Source: Octopus vulgaris
Taxonomy: Eukaryota
Assembly (NCBI GenBank): GCA_951406725.2
Contig: OX597814.1
Location: 187,550,001 to 187,614,000 of the forward strand
DNA: 64,000 nucleotides
Direction: 5' to 3'
Of the stretch, positions 1 through 13,705 are shown in pieces. The position numbers were made by a program, and so were the translations under genes. Every line of letters begins with the position of its first letter. Position 1 is the stretch's first letter. The notes below the pieces were generated by a model that was not told the DNA's origin, did not search any database, and saw nothing but the letters and a program-made list of their open reading frames with translations.

Positions 1-392
1 GGGAGGGGTCAATAAATAATAAAAGAATTATGACATGTTATGATGTAAATCATTTGAATATCAACAAATAAAACTAGATAAGAAATGTAAGGTTCAGTAT
101 ACTACAGAATGAAACAAAATCTAGCAAGCTAAAAAAACAAAGAAGAATGAGGCTGCAACAGACATTTCAGTAGGCCTTTCACTTTCGCAAGATCAACTTG
201 GTGCAAGGGTTCCTCTTTTACTTTATACTTACTGGAGAAGCAAGTCAATTAACCTTTGACAATTACAAAAGTTGTAGGGCATACAGTTTTGACAAAAGTT
301 AATGTCTTTTGGCTCCTTGACAAGATAAGATTTTTGTCTCAATATTTTTCTATTATATAACAAACAGTAATAGTCCAATCAGAAATATATAT

Positions 393-607
393 TCTTACTC
401 TTTTACTTGTTTCAGTCATTTAACTGTGGCCATGCTGGAGCACCGCCTTTAGTCAAGCAAATCGACCCCGGGAGTTATTCTTTGGAAGCCTAGTACTTAT
501 TCTATTGGTTTCTTTTGCCGAACCGCTAAGTTACGGGGATATAAACACCCAACCATCGGTTGTCAAGCAATGTTGGGGGGGACAAACACAGACACACAAA
601 CATATAT
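393..607 (-). mobile_element. 3' half of tRNA-derived octopus SINE family A
   Basis: Near-identical to 1806-2010 and to the reverse complement of ~32050-32227. Confidence 0.85.
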
Positions 608-1805
608 CCTGATTATAGAACTATTTTATCATTAAAGAGACTATATTCATAAATATCCTCTCAGTTGACATCACCTCACCACCACCCCTAAAGACTTCAG
701 CCATCTGTTAGCAAATTAAATAAAAACAAGATGGCTGAGGAGCAGTTTCAAAAATGAAAGAAGAAAAAAAGATTTTTTTTTTTTTAATATGACTTGATTG
801 AGTTTAACATATTGTAAAGACTACGCATATAAACAGATAGCATTTCACCAGGTTATGTGGTTGGAAACAAACACAAAGAAAATAAACAAACAACATAGAC
901 TACTTTTGTTCTGCACAAAGAAAAGCAGTAAATATGACAGTCATATTGGCCATCGATATAATCATAATAAAATATCAATCTATTTGCTTTTTATAACTGG
1001 AGAATGCTAAAAGGGATTTTTAATTGCATCTCTTTAAGGATCAGTTAAACCAGCACATTTTTTTTAATAACATCTCTTAACCAAAATCATAACAAAACTA
1101 CTGTTTTATCTTCTCAGGAATAACCATCTACAAAACCAAACCTTTATTAAATCTTTTATTCATCATAGCACCATTTAAAAATCTATACCATTAGTCTGTG
1201 AATAGTACAAATTTATAACAAAGATTTTAGCCACATACTATCTGTATGGTATTTTTACAAAGCATTTCAAGATTTAGATCTTTTTTGTTTATGTTTGTTT
1301 TAAACCAGGAACAAAGGAAAATCAATATTTTTCTTAACAGCTAAATCATTGCTATTTTTAGACGTATGAAATGTATCTGTGAAAATCAAATCAATAAAGA
1401 ATATAATCTTCTGTAGAAGATAAATATGTTGGATTAAGGGAGAAGGAAAAAAATAAGATTACCAAAAAAAAAAAAAAGATACAGAAAAGCTAAATCTAAT
1501 GCATAACAAATATCTCTGGTCTAAATATTTAGAAATAATTTAGTGAGCTTGATCTTTAGAGGAGAATAAGACTGTCATATTAACATGAAAAACCAATGGA
1601 TGTCTGTCATGTATCATTTCTTGATGGTTGACTTTCTTAGAACAGCACTATTCACTCAATACTGGTAAAAGTATTTTCATAAAGAATGATATTTCTTAGT
1701 CAATCAACTAAAAATTTATCTACAAAATTTGCTTTGACCTTGTCACACAGGTTATTTCCTAATCAAGCATTTTACCACAGTATTTTTCACATATCAAGTA
1801 ATTTC

Positions 1806-2060
1806 CTCTTTACTCTCTTACTTGTTTCAGTGATTTGACTGTGGCCATGCTGGAGCACTGCCTTTTAGTCGAGCAAATCGACCTCGGGACTTATTCTTTG
1901 TAAGCCTAGTACTTATTCTATCGGTCTCTTTTTGCTGAACTGCTAAGTTATGGGGACGTAAACACATCAGCATCGGTTGTCAAGCGATGTTGGGGGGGGG
2001 GACAAACACACACACACACACACATATATATATGTGTGTGTGTGTGTGTGTTTGTCCCCC

Positions 2061-2108
<48 letters not shown>

Positions 2109-2278
2109 ATATGTACGACGGGCTTCTTTCAGTTTCCGTCTACCAAATCCACTTACAAGGCTTTCGTTGGCCTGAGGCTATAGTAGAAGACACTTGTCCA
2201 AGGTGCCACGCAGTGGGACTGAACCCGGAACCATGCAGTTCATAAGCAAGCTACTTACCACACAGCCACTCCTACGCC
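1806..2278 (-). mobile_element. Full-length SINE family A (tRNA-like head, CORE-like segment, internal TA/TG microsatellite, LINE-type 3' tail)
   Basis: Head GGCGTAGGAGTGGCTGTGTGGTAAG (A box) and GGTTCCGGGTTCAGTCCC (B-box-like); ACCTTGG(A/G)CAAGT segment; matches 31846-32227. Confidence 0.9.
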
Positions 2279-2425
2279 TACAATGATAATTTCTCTCAGC
2301 TCTCTTTTAACTAGATTTCCCCAGAACTTTTTAAATGTTCTTATGTGCACATGTCCCCAACATACACTACATCTCTTCACTGTCATTTGCATACCTGATT
2401 ACGGTAACTAAATCAAGTTCCTTAC

Positions 2426-2488
2426 CTGCTTGATACATTGCAGTCTGTCATTGTTCTGAGCAATGTGCCTTTCCATCTCATTCATCAT
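2426..2488 (-). CDS. ZMIZ1: First coding segment of zinc finger MIZ domain-containing protein 1 (ZMIZ1/Zimp10 ortholog), [21 protein letters not shown]; the gene presumably continues beyond the left edge of the window
   Basis: Manual minus-strand translation ATG ATG AAT GAG ATG GAA AGG CAC ATT GCT CAG AAC AAT GAC AGA CTG CAA TGT ATC AAG CAG|gtaag closely matches the recalled human ZMIZ1 N-terminus [20 protein letters not shown]. gccATG context, in-frame TAA upstream (2513-2515), canonical phase-0 donor CAG|GTAAG. Confidence 0.9.
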
Positions 2489-2597
2489 GGCTGGTCTCAG
2501 AGTATAGCTTAGTTAGCAGTCATGAAAAACCTGGGTTATACATTGGCATTCAATCCAATATTTACTAGAGAGGATGTTAGCCACTCTACAAGGGTAA
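2426..2597 (-). other. ZMIZ1: 172-nt ZMIZ1 exon containing the start codon (109 nt of 5'UTR + 63 nt of CDS)
   Basis: Acceptor ttttatttctctttcag| ending at 2598 on the minus strand; donor CAG|gtaagg at 2426/2425. Confidence 0.85.
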
Positions 2598-2682
2598 CTG
2601 AAAGAGAAATAAAACATAAAACTAAATAAATGATCATACAAAAAACAAAAAAAATGTAAATCATACTTTTAGTCACAATTTT

Positions 2683-3055
2683 AACTCTTTTACTTGTTTC
2701 ATCATAAAACAGTATTCATGCTGCAGTACCAGCATCTATAGTTTTAGCCAATTATATTGACTCCTAGTACTTAGTCTGGTACATATACTATCAATAGCTA
2801 TTTATCGAATGGTTAAGTTCATTTGAATTATGATTCTTGAAAGAGTTACTCTCTTTTACATACTTTTATATCATAAGCCATATTCACACACATACACACA
2901 CTATATGATGGGCCTCTGCAGATTTTGTCTACTATATTTCACTCAACCCAAGACAATAACATAGGACGCTTGCTAAAGTACCATGTAGTAGGGCTGGACC
3001 CAGAACCAAATGGCTGTACAACAAATTTCTTAAATCACATAATCATGATTGCATT
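2683..3055 (-). mobile_element. Degenerate SINE family A
   Basis: Decayed motifs ctcttttacttgtttc, gatgggcct...ctact, gggctggacccagaacca in family-A order. Confidence 0.6.
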
Positions 3056-3158
3056 TATATATACTAAATGAAAACAAAAACATGCATGCATTAATCAAAG
3101 AATAAAACTGAATTATGTACATATACACACACACACGCACACAATACACACATATACA

Positions 3159-4300
3159 TACTGTAAAAACCTATGTAATTTGCACACCTGTGTAATTTAC
3201 ACAGGTGATTTTCAGGATGAAATTTGTTAAAAAAATGTTTCTTCTCATGTAAAATTTGTACCCAAAAGTTTTCAGAATTGTCTATATGGCCAGGGAGAAA
3301 AAGATTTCAATTTAGTTGTATTTAGCATAATTTCACTTACTTATGATTTTATTTTATTAAATTTTCATTAAATAAACATAATATCTGTTTAACAGGTATT
3401 GCATTGAAAGCTTGCCCACAAGAGATTATGTCTGATCTTTAGCATACTTCTGTATGTCTTCTCAAATCACAATCACAGGAAAAGTTGTTAATAATTCTTA
3501 TCAACAAAAACAAAGCTGATAAATATGCACAGGTGTGGCAAAATAAGTTTAATTACCAATAAACTTCAACTTCGATGACACTTTACTCAACCAATAGAGG
3601 AAGGTGACCGATCAAACTGATTATGTAAACAGAATTCTGATTGGTCGAAAATGTTTTCTTGTCTGATTTTCTGCCTATTCTTGCCAGAACCTTTGATATG
3701 GAGTATCGACGTGTTAATCCCTTTCACACTTATAAAATGTCAAGCAAACTTAAAAATTGTCATTACTGTTTTAGCCAGGAGACCAAACTGATAGTTTGGT
3801 AACCTACTAAAATAAACATTAAAAATCGAAAGGTGAAAATAAACAGCTTTGCAAGTTTAACTCTGTGTCTATTGAACAAGAGAGATGCAAAATTTAAGAA
3901 GCGATTTGTGAGAATATACACGTCTGTGAGGAGACATAAACAAGAATAGCAAAAATCTACTATTCCAAAAGAACTGGTAATACATACATTACAAGTGTTC
4001 TATGAAGAGAACATAAGATTGCTGCATAATTCAGCATTAATGTGAAACAACATTAAACATTGTATAAGGCAAGTGAAAGTTTCTGTAGGAACACTATGCC
4101 ATATTCACTTAGTGAGTATACATGCGCAAGGATGAATTATGATGTCATTGTTGACGTTAGATGCAGTAAGAGCTGATAGTCGCAATATCGGCAGTGATGA
4201 ATTTTATTGTTGTAACGTGGAGAAAGCAAGCAAATAGCTTCCTGGTGCAAACGCAAGCTAGATTCCTAAGCGGAGAAAAACTGATCTATTTAGGAAAATT
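3159..4300 (+). mobile_element. Possible highly decayed pogo/Tc1-like DNA transposon relic (boundaries uncertain)
   Basis: TIR-like start ta-ctgtaaaaacc...gtaatt; translated YKASESFCRNTM near 4064-4099 resembles the FKASxGWxxxF motif of CENP-B-type HTH domains; no intact ORF. Confidence 0.3.
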
Positions 4301-5876
4301 GCTGGGCTCCATTGCAATAAGTAGAAACTCCAAGCAATGTAAAATATGGCCCGGACCGTGATTACCAGCACAAATGTCAAACTTCAAAAGTAGTTAACCA
4401 TTTAATGGTTTTAGTAAATTTATACAGAAAAGGTAAGCATTATACCGTCCAGCATAAATAAAAGTCAACTCCATTATATTTTTTCTGTAGAAACCTATTC
4501 TGACATTAAATGAGTCAACTTCCCGTAAGTCATTTTTCAACAAAATAATTTCTAAAATTATAAGGAACTGTAAGGAACTGAAAAGAACCAAAAAGCCTAG
4601 TCAGACATTGTCACAAAGGATTCTCCTTGAAAATTACATTAACAGTATGCAAGCCCATGGAACTTAATCACTTATATGCTAATCCAATGAGTGATCTCAC
4701 TGAGCAAGTAACTGGAGCACTCAATGTGGAAACTGAAAAGAGAGCCATTTATATTTAAAAATCCTTAATCAGCAACAGTTCAGAAAAGAACTTTTGATAT
4801 GAACAGGAAAACACACACACAAACACACAACATGCCAATTCCATTTTATAGTTCACTCATCAGTTGTATAATGAAATATAGTCAGAGCACTATAAGCAGT
4901 CTTACAACTGTTTCTTTACTTCTCTCAGCCGTAATATAGATTAAAAATAATTTTATAGAGATTGTCGATATTTTCATAAACATCAAGGAGAAAGTGAAGA
5001 GGGTTAACTTTCTATAACTGTAAGTGGATGACAGACAAATCTCCCTGAGCTAGAATGTTAAAGTACTACACTTAAAAATTTCGCAAGAAATTCTTTTTAT
5101 GTATTACCGTCCAACAATTAAGAAGACACAATGATTTGCATGTGTATTCATAATACATTCTGGCAGGTTCAAACACAAATATGTGAGTTGCTGGTGTATG
5201 TCACAGGAGATTAACTTCACTTTTCTATAATGACAATGTGTTCATAACAAAACAACTCATTTTTTTTTAACTTAGAAGACAAAATCACAAGAATATCTGC
5301 AACAGGATTGAACCCTTAAATCAAATACAAATAGTTCAACACCTTTATCTATTTGGCCATTTCATCGCTAAGCAGGATAGATACCAAGCCTAAAGCATCT
5401 GTTCCAAGAATACAAGCAAATGTCTAAAGTTGCTAGCTCATCTTAATCTAGCTACTCTCAATTGAATGTATCCCTAATGTAATTTTGGCAATGTTCAGAA
5501 TGACACTGTGTGTACAATATATTGAACAGCAGAACACAAAACAGTAATTTATTTCTGATTTGCCAGAGAGATATAATTTTCCCAGCTATTTAGAAGCAAT
5601 TGATCCAGCCATGTGAAAACATTCCATAAATTTAATGATTTCGTTCTTAAGTTCTTACAGCCTTTCATATATTAATAAATTTCGTAAATATTACTAATAG
5701 GGAAAAAGCATTCTCGAAAATTTATTTTCTCTAAATTGGATAGGTCGCAAGAATTCTATCATTTGTGCTTCTTCAGTAACTGGACATAACATAATGGCAA
5801 TCAAACCATTTCAAATTTCTATTATCTATAATCTGCAGTTCTTCATTTGGCTATAACCATCAGAAGTAGGTAATAC

Positions 5877-5948
<72 letters not shown>

Positions 5949-7542
5949 CACACACACACACACACACATACATCTATGTGTGAATGTATATTTTTTTTAA
6001 TTCCTACAAGTTATTCAAGTTTTGGAACAATAACCTCAGCCTTTGATAAATTAATATTGTTCTCTATGTTCACCTTCTCGTACAAAAATTATTTAAGAAA
6101 TTATAACAATAAAACACACATTTAAATTATCTGTATCACACACAGTAAGTCACATGTCTTGTTTTACAAATCAAATTAGGAACATCAGAACAAAAGAAGG
6201 CCTTGTCCTTTACAACCAGTATATATAACAAACCATTTACACTACAATGTGTTTAAACTATGCTTATTCTATGCTTATTTTATAACTACTATCACAGTAG
6301 CCATTTACAGGAAACTTTCCTTGTACATTATTCTAATCAACACCCTCCCTCACATAATGTTTCTCTAATCATATAGCCACTTTTACTATATAGATATACA
6401 AAAAGAAAAAGGCCATACCCAACCCAGATATCATCCTAAATCCCAGTCTGATTTCTCTAGTGTTTTGATCTGGTTTCTTTCAATTATTTTTCTTTCCTCA
6501 CATGATTTACACAAGATAGAATTTAATAACATGAATTCAACTTTGCTTAGATGCCTCCCAAATCCAAATAGTAACATATACAGAATAATAGAATAACACA
6601 ATAAAAAGCAATAAAAACAGAAAATTAAGTATAGATTTTGGCTCAAAGCCAAAAAGGACAAATAATAATTTTAGCAACAAGTTAGTAGTAGAAGATTCTG
6701 ACAACATTTTACACAGAAGTAATCAGTAGAATAAAGACACCCCCAGTGACAAACATTATCTGTTATACCCAGTTTTTGTTTTTAATCAGCTAAAAATAGT
6801 TTTAAAATCCTTTCTTAAACAAAAGCTCTTTTATTTATCAAAAGTTAAAGTGATAGTATGAAGTTAACAGTCATGTATGTATGTTACAAGTGCATACCAA
6901 CAAATGTGTCCATTGAAATAAGATTACTAACACAATTAAGAGACTAATGTTTACAATACTGCAAATTCTAAAAATTTCAACTAATAAACTACTGTTCACA
7001 GAGATCCTCCCAAATTACATATTTGATTACAGTTGGGGGGAAAAAAAAATACTGAGAAATGTCAACAATAAAAATAAGGGTGGGTCATATTATTCATTTT
7101 CTGCTAAAGGTGACTTTGGCAACTTGTTCCTCCTGTTATAGCAACAAAAGTACCAGTAACAAATGTATATATATATATATATATATATATAAAAGGAAAC
7201 AACTGGGGGTTGAGTCTGTTGATCACGTTCATGCCAAGGCCACATACTAATGTCCCATTTTGCCTATCCAACCAGAACTGAAACTATTCGATAACAACTA
7301 ACATAGCAGCTATAATGAATAATGAAATACCTGGCTCAATGCAATGGTTGAAATAGGAACAGGATATATGTTAAAAATAAATAAATAAATAAATAAATGT
7401 CCTTAAAAAAATAGAAAGAACAGTATAGCTATTATATACAATATAATATACAAAACAGAATTATGCTTTTCCGCATTAAAAAGGCCTGGAAACAGCCAGA
7501 AGATAAGAATATGTACCAATGACTAAGTTACTTAAATTGTCA

Positions 7543-7596
<54 letters not shown>

Positions 7597-8234
7597 ACTA
7601 AAAATCATTTCATGATTAGATTCTTAAAATGAATTATACTTCATCCAGAAGAGATACTTTGTAAATTTATTAAAATCAGCATAAGTTGTCTTCTAGTTTT
7701 CATATAAAGTATTTTGACTTTAGGAAAAACTTGAAATGAGGCATTCAAGTAAAAAACATTAATAAACTTAGATCCTATGGATAAGAAGGAAAAGACTGCT
7801 TTCTGTAAGCTCATCCAAGCTATGCCAGGATGGATGCTAAAATGATTATCATCATCTAGCTTAAAAGTCCACATGGAGTGCAGATTTTAAGCTAGCTCCT
7901 GTGGAGGGTTAATTGGGCCTGTGACCCAAAACTGAAGACAGCTAAATAGCACAGCTACAATATGTCTATAATGATTATATGCCTGGTGGTGTCTGATCAG
8001 AGGTTAAGGACAGATGAGAATTAATTCTGTAATGCAATTATTCTATTGTTCCAGTCCCAAGTTGAATTCCAACTGTTGGCCAATTTGTCCCAAAGTTCTA
8101 ATCTTGATGTAAAATTAATGAAGCAAGATGGCATGAAACAGCCATGCTTTACCTGCTAGAAATAGCAACCCAAATACTTTTAAATCAGATTCCAAAGCTG
8201 GATGTTTAAGAACCAAATTAGCAACAACAACAAT

Positions 8235-8790
8235 AATAAATACCTTGATGCAGTACAAGACACTGGCTCTCATGGCTTCTGATCTTAACTGATTTGAAGT
8301 GTTATCATGTACATGTTTTGTCTTGGTATAAAAGATAGGCTACAGAAAATATTCTGCTCAATACCACAGATTTGCTTGTCAGTTGTTTGACCTTAACCAG
8401 TTGAGCATGTCCTTTGGTGGCTGACAATATGTGCATCTCTGATCACAAACAGGAGTAATGGAGGAGCATCATAACCATGTGTTCAGAGGAATTCTTTGGT
8501 GTTTGAATAATTCACCTCTGGAAATAGGAGTGTTTTGTTCAACATTCTTAAATAACCCTTATTCAGGGACCTTTAGAGCAGGATGGGTTACTCAATGTGA
8601 AGAAAATTCTGAGCCCCACCTGCAAGGTCATGCACCGTTTACCTTGATATGAAATCACCATGTTGTGCACATATGATTGCGATGCATGTGCCTGGTATAC
8701 CCTTATCAGACAGCTAGTCATGATGGGTATACTGGGCTTTGTATATATTACCCCAGTGTCTCTTTGATGGTATGCATTGCTCTCTTACTC
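8235..8790. repeat. Dispersed repeat family D (unclassified)
   Basis: Segment aaatattctgctcaataccacag...atatgtgcatct recurs at 31549-31641. Confidence 0.65.
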
Positions 8791-9019
8791 AATGATGATG
8801 ATGTATATAGATTTGTAGAAATGGTAGAAAGTCAGATTAAATGCCAAACAGTATTTAGTTTCACCACTCTACATCTCGATCCTCTCTAAATTTCAGTCCT
8901 ACTGGGATTGACATGGCCTTTTATTCCTCTAACAGTTGCTCAACCTACTAGAAAACAAAGAAACGAAATACAAAAACTAAACAAAGATGAAGTGGACAGT
9001 AAAGTCCCTGATATACAAA

Positions 9020-9105
9020 AAGCTGAGATGATCAATGGTCATGGCTGAATCCCTTTGATCATAGGTCTGTTCAATTAGGACTGACTGAGGATTAAACAAC
9101 AACTA
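9020..9105. repeat. Dispersed repeat fragment with an inverted copy at ~12200-12262
   Basis: tcataggtctgttcaattaggactgac is approximately the reverse complement of gtcagctctgattgagcagacctatga. Confidence 0.55.
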
Positions 9106-10379
9106 CGACCATTAATGTAATTGTTTATATATCTCATCAAGAAATTTATAACCTTGTGCCAATGTAAAAATATATTTATATCATAACTATAGTTTTTATC
9201 CAAATTTTTGACAGTCACACCTGGTCATTCACCCATGTTTCTCAAAGTGTATACAGCATTACTTTATTAATAGTGATGAAGTTAATGCTAATTTATTTCA
9301 TAGCATGTATGGAGAGATAGGGGGGAAAGAGTGTACATATGTGTATACATTCACATATACTTCTTATCTACTGAATACAGTTATCTCCAATGTTCACTCA
9401 GAAGGTATTGTCCATCTGCATTACATGTCCATATCCGATTAGCTACTTCTTTTGCAAACAATTTAAGTCTAGCTAATTTCTCACCAAATTTGCACTGTCC
9501 ATTCATTGCTAGATAACATTACTCATCCTAAAAACCGTACATAACTAATCACTATCATTGTCTCAACAAATCTCTATTCAGCATTTTTGCAGTATCATAC
9601 TCATAAGAAATATTACATTTTTTTTGTTTTCAATTCTCTTCTTCTCAGTTGGAAATTAAGACTTAAACAATATAACACCATGCAGACCAGTCCTCAGCAA
9701 CTTTCTACACTTTGTTCCATGTAAGATGTATTTCTCTCAACTCATCTTCAACTATTCCACACCAAGTGTTTTTTGATTGTCCAGGCTTTCATTTTTCAGA
9801 TGGTCTCTATCTTAATATTGCTTATCAAGCTGTTCTGTCCACTGTGAGTGACTAGCCTAACTACCTGAACAACCGGTATTTTATTTCAAAGTTTATATTA
9901 TTTGTAACAGTTTGGGGGTACAGCTCTTCACTTGAGACTAGCTGCACTAGCTGAAGCAGGAAATTTTCATAAAGCACCATATGGGGAAAGCTTTTAAATT
10001 ATTCATATTTCCCTTTACCATTTGTCAGCATTCTGAGCAATACACTGGGACAGATTTTACATCATTGCTATTACAGAGTCCAACCTTAGTCCAAACTAAA
10101 GATCTGCCAGTGATAGCTAAGCTTAGTCCTAAAGTTGTATAGTCTTCATTTTCATTTCACTGACATCTGGTCAATGTTCATAAGCTTTGGTAAGCCTTGT
10201 TTGGATATGTTCCTTTTACCATGCTGACTTTGCTGACCAAGCTTCTTAAATATGTAGTCTTCCATATAATTTAATGCAGAATACAGTTTGCTTTTAATAT
10301 GTAGAAATTTGTTATAATCATCAAAAGAGATAGCTGCTCTCTGAACAGCTTCCATTTCCTTGTTGGTTACTATACTACA

Positions 10380-11100
10380 CTGTCATAATAATCACCTCCA
10401 ATACTAATTATGTCTTTTAGGTAATGAAAAGTATCTACTACTTCCAGCAAACTATGTGAGCATCTTATAAAGCTAACATTATAGGCTTGCCTGCCACTAG
10501 CTAGTATCTGGTACATCTAAAGTAATGTTTCCCAGTCAAAAGGCCAGAGATCCTAGTGAACTTTGCACGAAGTACATAATATTAAGTTTCTATCGACATA
10601 TTGAACAAAGTCACTCCCTGGACTGTGCTGGGATTTTGTGTTCTCTATTACAACTACTACTTCAGTTTTTTATCATGCTGACCTTTATGCCATTGACTTC
10701 AGACATTTGTTCTAGATCTGAAATGTTTACAGCAGCTACTCAATAGACCCTGCAATGAGAACCAAGTCATCAGACTATAAAGTTACTTGTACACGGAACT
10801 TTTCACTAAAGTCATTATGAATCCTAACCTCCTTCATGGCCCAAAGTGCTCTCACAAGCCATTCAACAACTTTCTCAGTCCTCACTAGACTATAGAATGT
10901 GGAACACTGTCAAAAGTCTTCTCTTAGTAGGCATGTAAAGTACTTTATCCTTAGCTAGAAACTTCTCATGCAGTTGCACCATTAGCAATATGGACCTGTG
11001 GCTTTATTTCTGTTTCAAACCCAAACTGAAGCTTATCCAACCTAACAGCATTGTATTAACTTTACTATAAGCCATCCAACCACTGTTACAATTAAATTCC
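10380..11100 (-). mobile_element. Decayed RTE-type LINE reverse transcriptase fragment
   Basis: Minus-strand motifs EKTFDSVP (cf. DLEKAFDRVP), L*SDDLVLIA (YADD region), LEVVDTFHYL. Confidence 0.7.
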
Positions 11101-11277
11101 ATCAGTTTGAAGCTTCTGTAACTGGCCCTCTCAAGTGCACCACTGGGATTAAAATCTCTCAACACAACCTAATTCAGCATATAAGTGGTGTACTATCAAA
11201 GGTTCTAATGCTTTCAATATTTCAACAACTATCACTAATAGATTTTTAGCTGCTCTATTTTGTGTTCCTTAAGTACC

Positions 11278-11507
11278 TATTTCTTTACTACCCACAAGGG
11301 GCTAAACACAGAGGGACAAACAAGGACAGACAAATGGATTAAGTTGATTATATCGACCCCAGTGCGTAACTGGTACTTATTTAATCGACCCCAAAAGGAT
11401 GAAAGGCAAAGTCGACCTCGACAGAATTTGAACTCAGAACGTAACAGCAGACGAAGTAGCGCTAAGCATTTCACCCGGCGTGCTAACATTTCTGCCGGCC
11501 CGCCGCC
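11278..11507 (-). mobile_element. Full-length SINE family B (tRNA head, Meta-domain-like core gcctttcatcctttcggggtcgat)
   Basis: TSD ttaagtacc at 11269-11277 and 11508-11516; reverse complement of 17181-17412. Confidence 0.9.
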
Positions 11508-13565
11508 TTAAGTACCAGCTCCTCTAAGTAAAATGTAAGGGTAACTAACTAAAATGTGGGGGTAAGTTTTCCACTAACCTATTCATATTTTGATTTAAGA
11601 ACTCTTATAGTGATAACCCTGTGACTCCCTCTGTTCAGTATCACTAGAGAATGCATGCCTGTATCATTCTGAACACAGTTCTTCTTAACGACATCTTGAT
11701 TGATATGAATTAACTTTGTGTGTACTAAATGCCTCTCGTTCTCATAGTGAAAAACATAAGCACACCAATGACTTATCTTCCACCTAGTTACACAAACCAA
11801 CCATTTTGTTTCCTGGCCAACCTCCTGATATTGTTATTTCCTGTTAATGCTATTTGTCCAATCGTTTCTGAGTTTTAGTCTTTCATAGCCTTGTCTGTTC
11901 CTTGCACAGAACAACCTCTGTTCATGTGATGATTATATTCAGAGTAGTTTACAAACAATAACAGGAGAAAGAAAAATAAGAAAAAAAAACAATGAAGAGC
12001 TGTTCAAAGTCAATATATATATTTCCATGATGTATACTCTTGTGAGGAATCTGATTGATGCACTTCTCCATCTCTCTCTTACACATAATACACTGCTCTA
12101 ACTTTTTTTTAACCGCCTTAACACACATTTTATTGTACAGAAACTGTCAAAACTAGACAAAAATTTGACAATCTGAAAAGATGAAAGTTGTGTTGCTAGA
12201 CGCAGGTCAGCTCTGATTGAGCAGACCTATGATTGAGACATTCTGGCAATGACTATCCCATCTTTTTATTAAAATATAAAAAAAATGTAGTTAAGGTTAC
12301 ATTATCTAATGTAACCCTCTTTTTTGAAGGTGGCAACATGTAACATGAAGATGATTTAGCAGCTAAGTTTAGTAGCTAGGCCAACTATATACAGGTTACT
12401 CATGTTGGTCTATGACAAAAGCCAATATGTAGTGGAGGTTACTCATATCAGCTTAGTACAGACGTGTGCAATACTTGCAGCCTTATTATCTTCGTCAGTG
12501 GTACAATAAAATTCAGTGTAGTGCAATATTTAACTTGGAATACAGTTTACAACTGGATGCAGTTCCTACCGTCAAGCATCAGCAGAGTACACTTCATGTG
12601 TCTGTACTAGTTTTGGCATTAGCAAAATGTGTATCGCGGAACCAAAAGTTCTCTTTATTACATATTACTTCAATATAGCTTATTTTAAAATATTCATTAT
12701 TTCATTATAGCCTTCTCTCCTACATAGGTTATCTCAGTGGTGTAAGGAATTTTGATTCTTCCTCATGGTTAGTAAAGGAGAAAGGCAGCCAAATGGATAT
12801 GATATTACACTCCCTACTCATGGGTTATGACTTCAAATCTACTGTTGGCATTTCATTTTGTTTCAGGAGAAAACACTGCATTCTACATTGCTTCAGTTCT
12901 CCTAGCTGTTGTGAATAGGTATCTAATTATCTAGGAGTGTTACCTACAGTAAACAGAAATCTAATCCAGGATGTAAAATTCCTCATCCACACTATGCTGT
13001 TCAATCAGAGCTAAGCACAAGTTTTTAAGGTATCTTTTGAGACCAAGGAGACATTTATCATTAAAGTTTTTACATAAGACTTTACATGAGTAATTGGAAA
13101 GTTTCCTTTTGTACGATAACAGCTTGGCTCTGCTGCAAGATGAGTTATGCTGGACAAGTTAGGTTACTTTTTGTGAGCATAAATATCAACATGAACCAGA
13201 TCACTGAGTGGTAATGTAATCAGTATTGAAGCCCCAAGTCAAGACAGGCAAATGTGAATTGGAAAAATATTTCACATCGTCACAATAAAGGATTTTAATA
13301 AAAATAAAACTTAGTAAATAACCATAAATTCAACAATTTATAATGAGAAAAAAAAAGGAAATGAGATGTCTAAGCCAATAAATAGAAAACCTTCTAAGTA
13401 ATTTATATCATTTAACTTGAAGGTCTCTTTTTTCAGATAATTTTTTTTAATATCAATATTATCGACCCTTTATCATAATACCAATGATATAATTTTATAT
13501 AACTTTTGTATTTAACGATCTAAAATATTTAATATCTTAATATTTTTATTATTCAAAGATATTAC

Positions 13566-13705
13566 CTTTGGATTTAAACAACATCAAGTGTAGCTTGTTC
13601 TTAGAGTAAATGCACCAGTCACGTCTCATAACCAACCGATTAATCTATAGCTCTGCTAGTGCAGAATAGTAAATTGCTTCCTCACCAACCTCCCTGCTCC
13701 CCGTT
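13566..13705 (-). other. Candidate 140-nt non-coding 5'UTR exon of ZMIZ1
   Basis: Acceptor gttttattcacatcttttcag| and donor AAG|gtaata; GC-richer unique sequence next to AT-rich intron; same strand as ZMIZ1. Confidence 0.55.

Noticed and set aside
1-2425. Search for the second ZMIZ1 coding exon (LLDWC-like)
   Set aside because: No matching splice-flanked frame found by eye; it probably lies left of the window.
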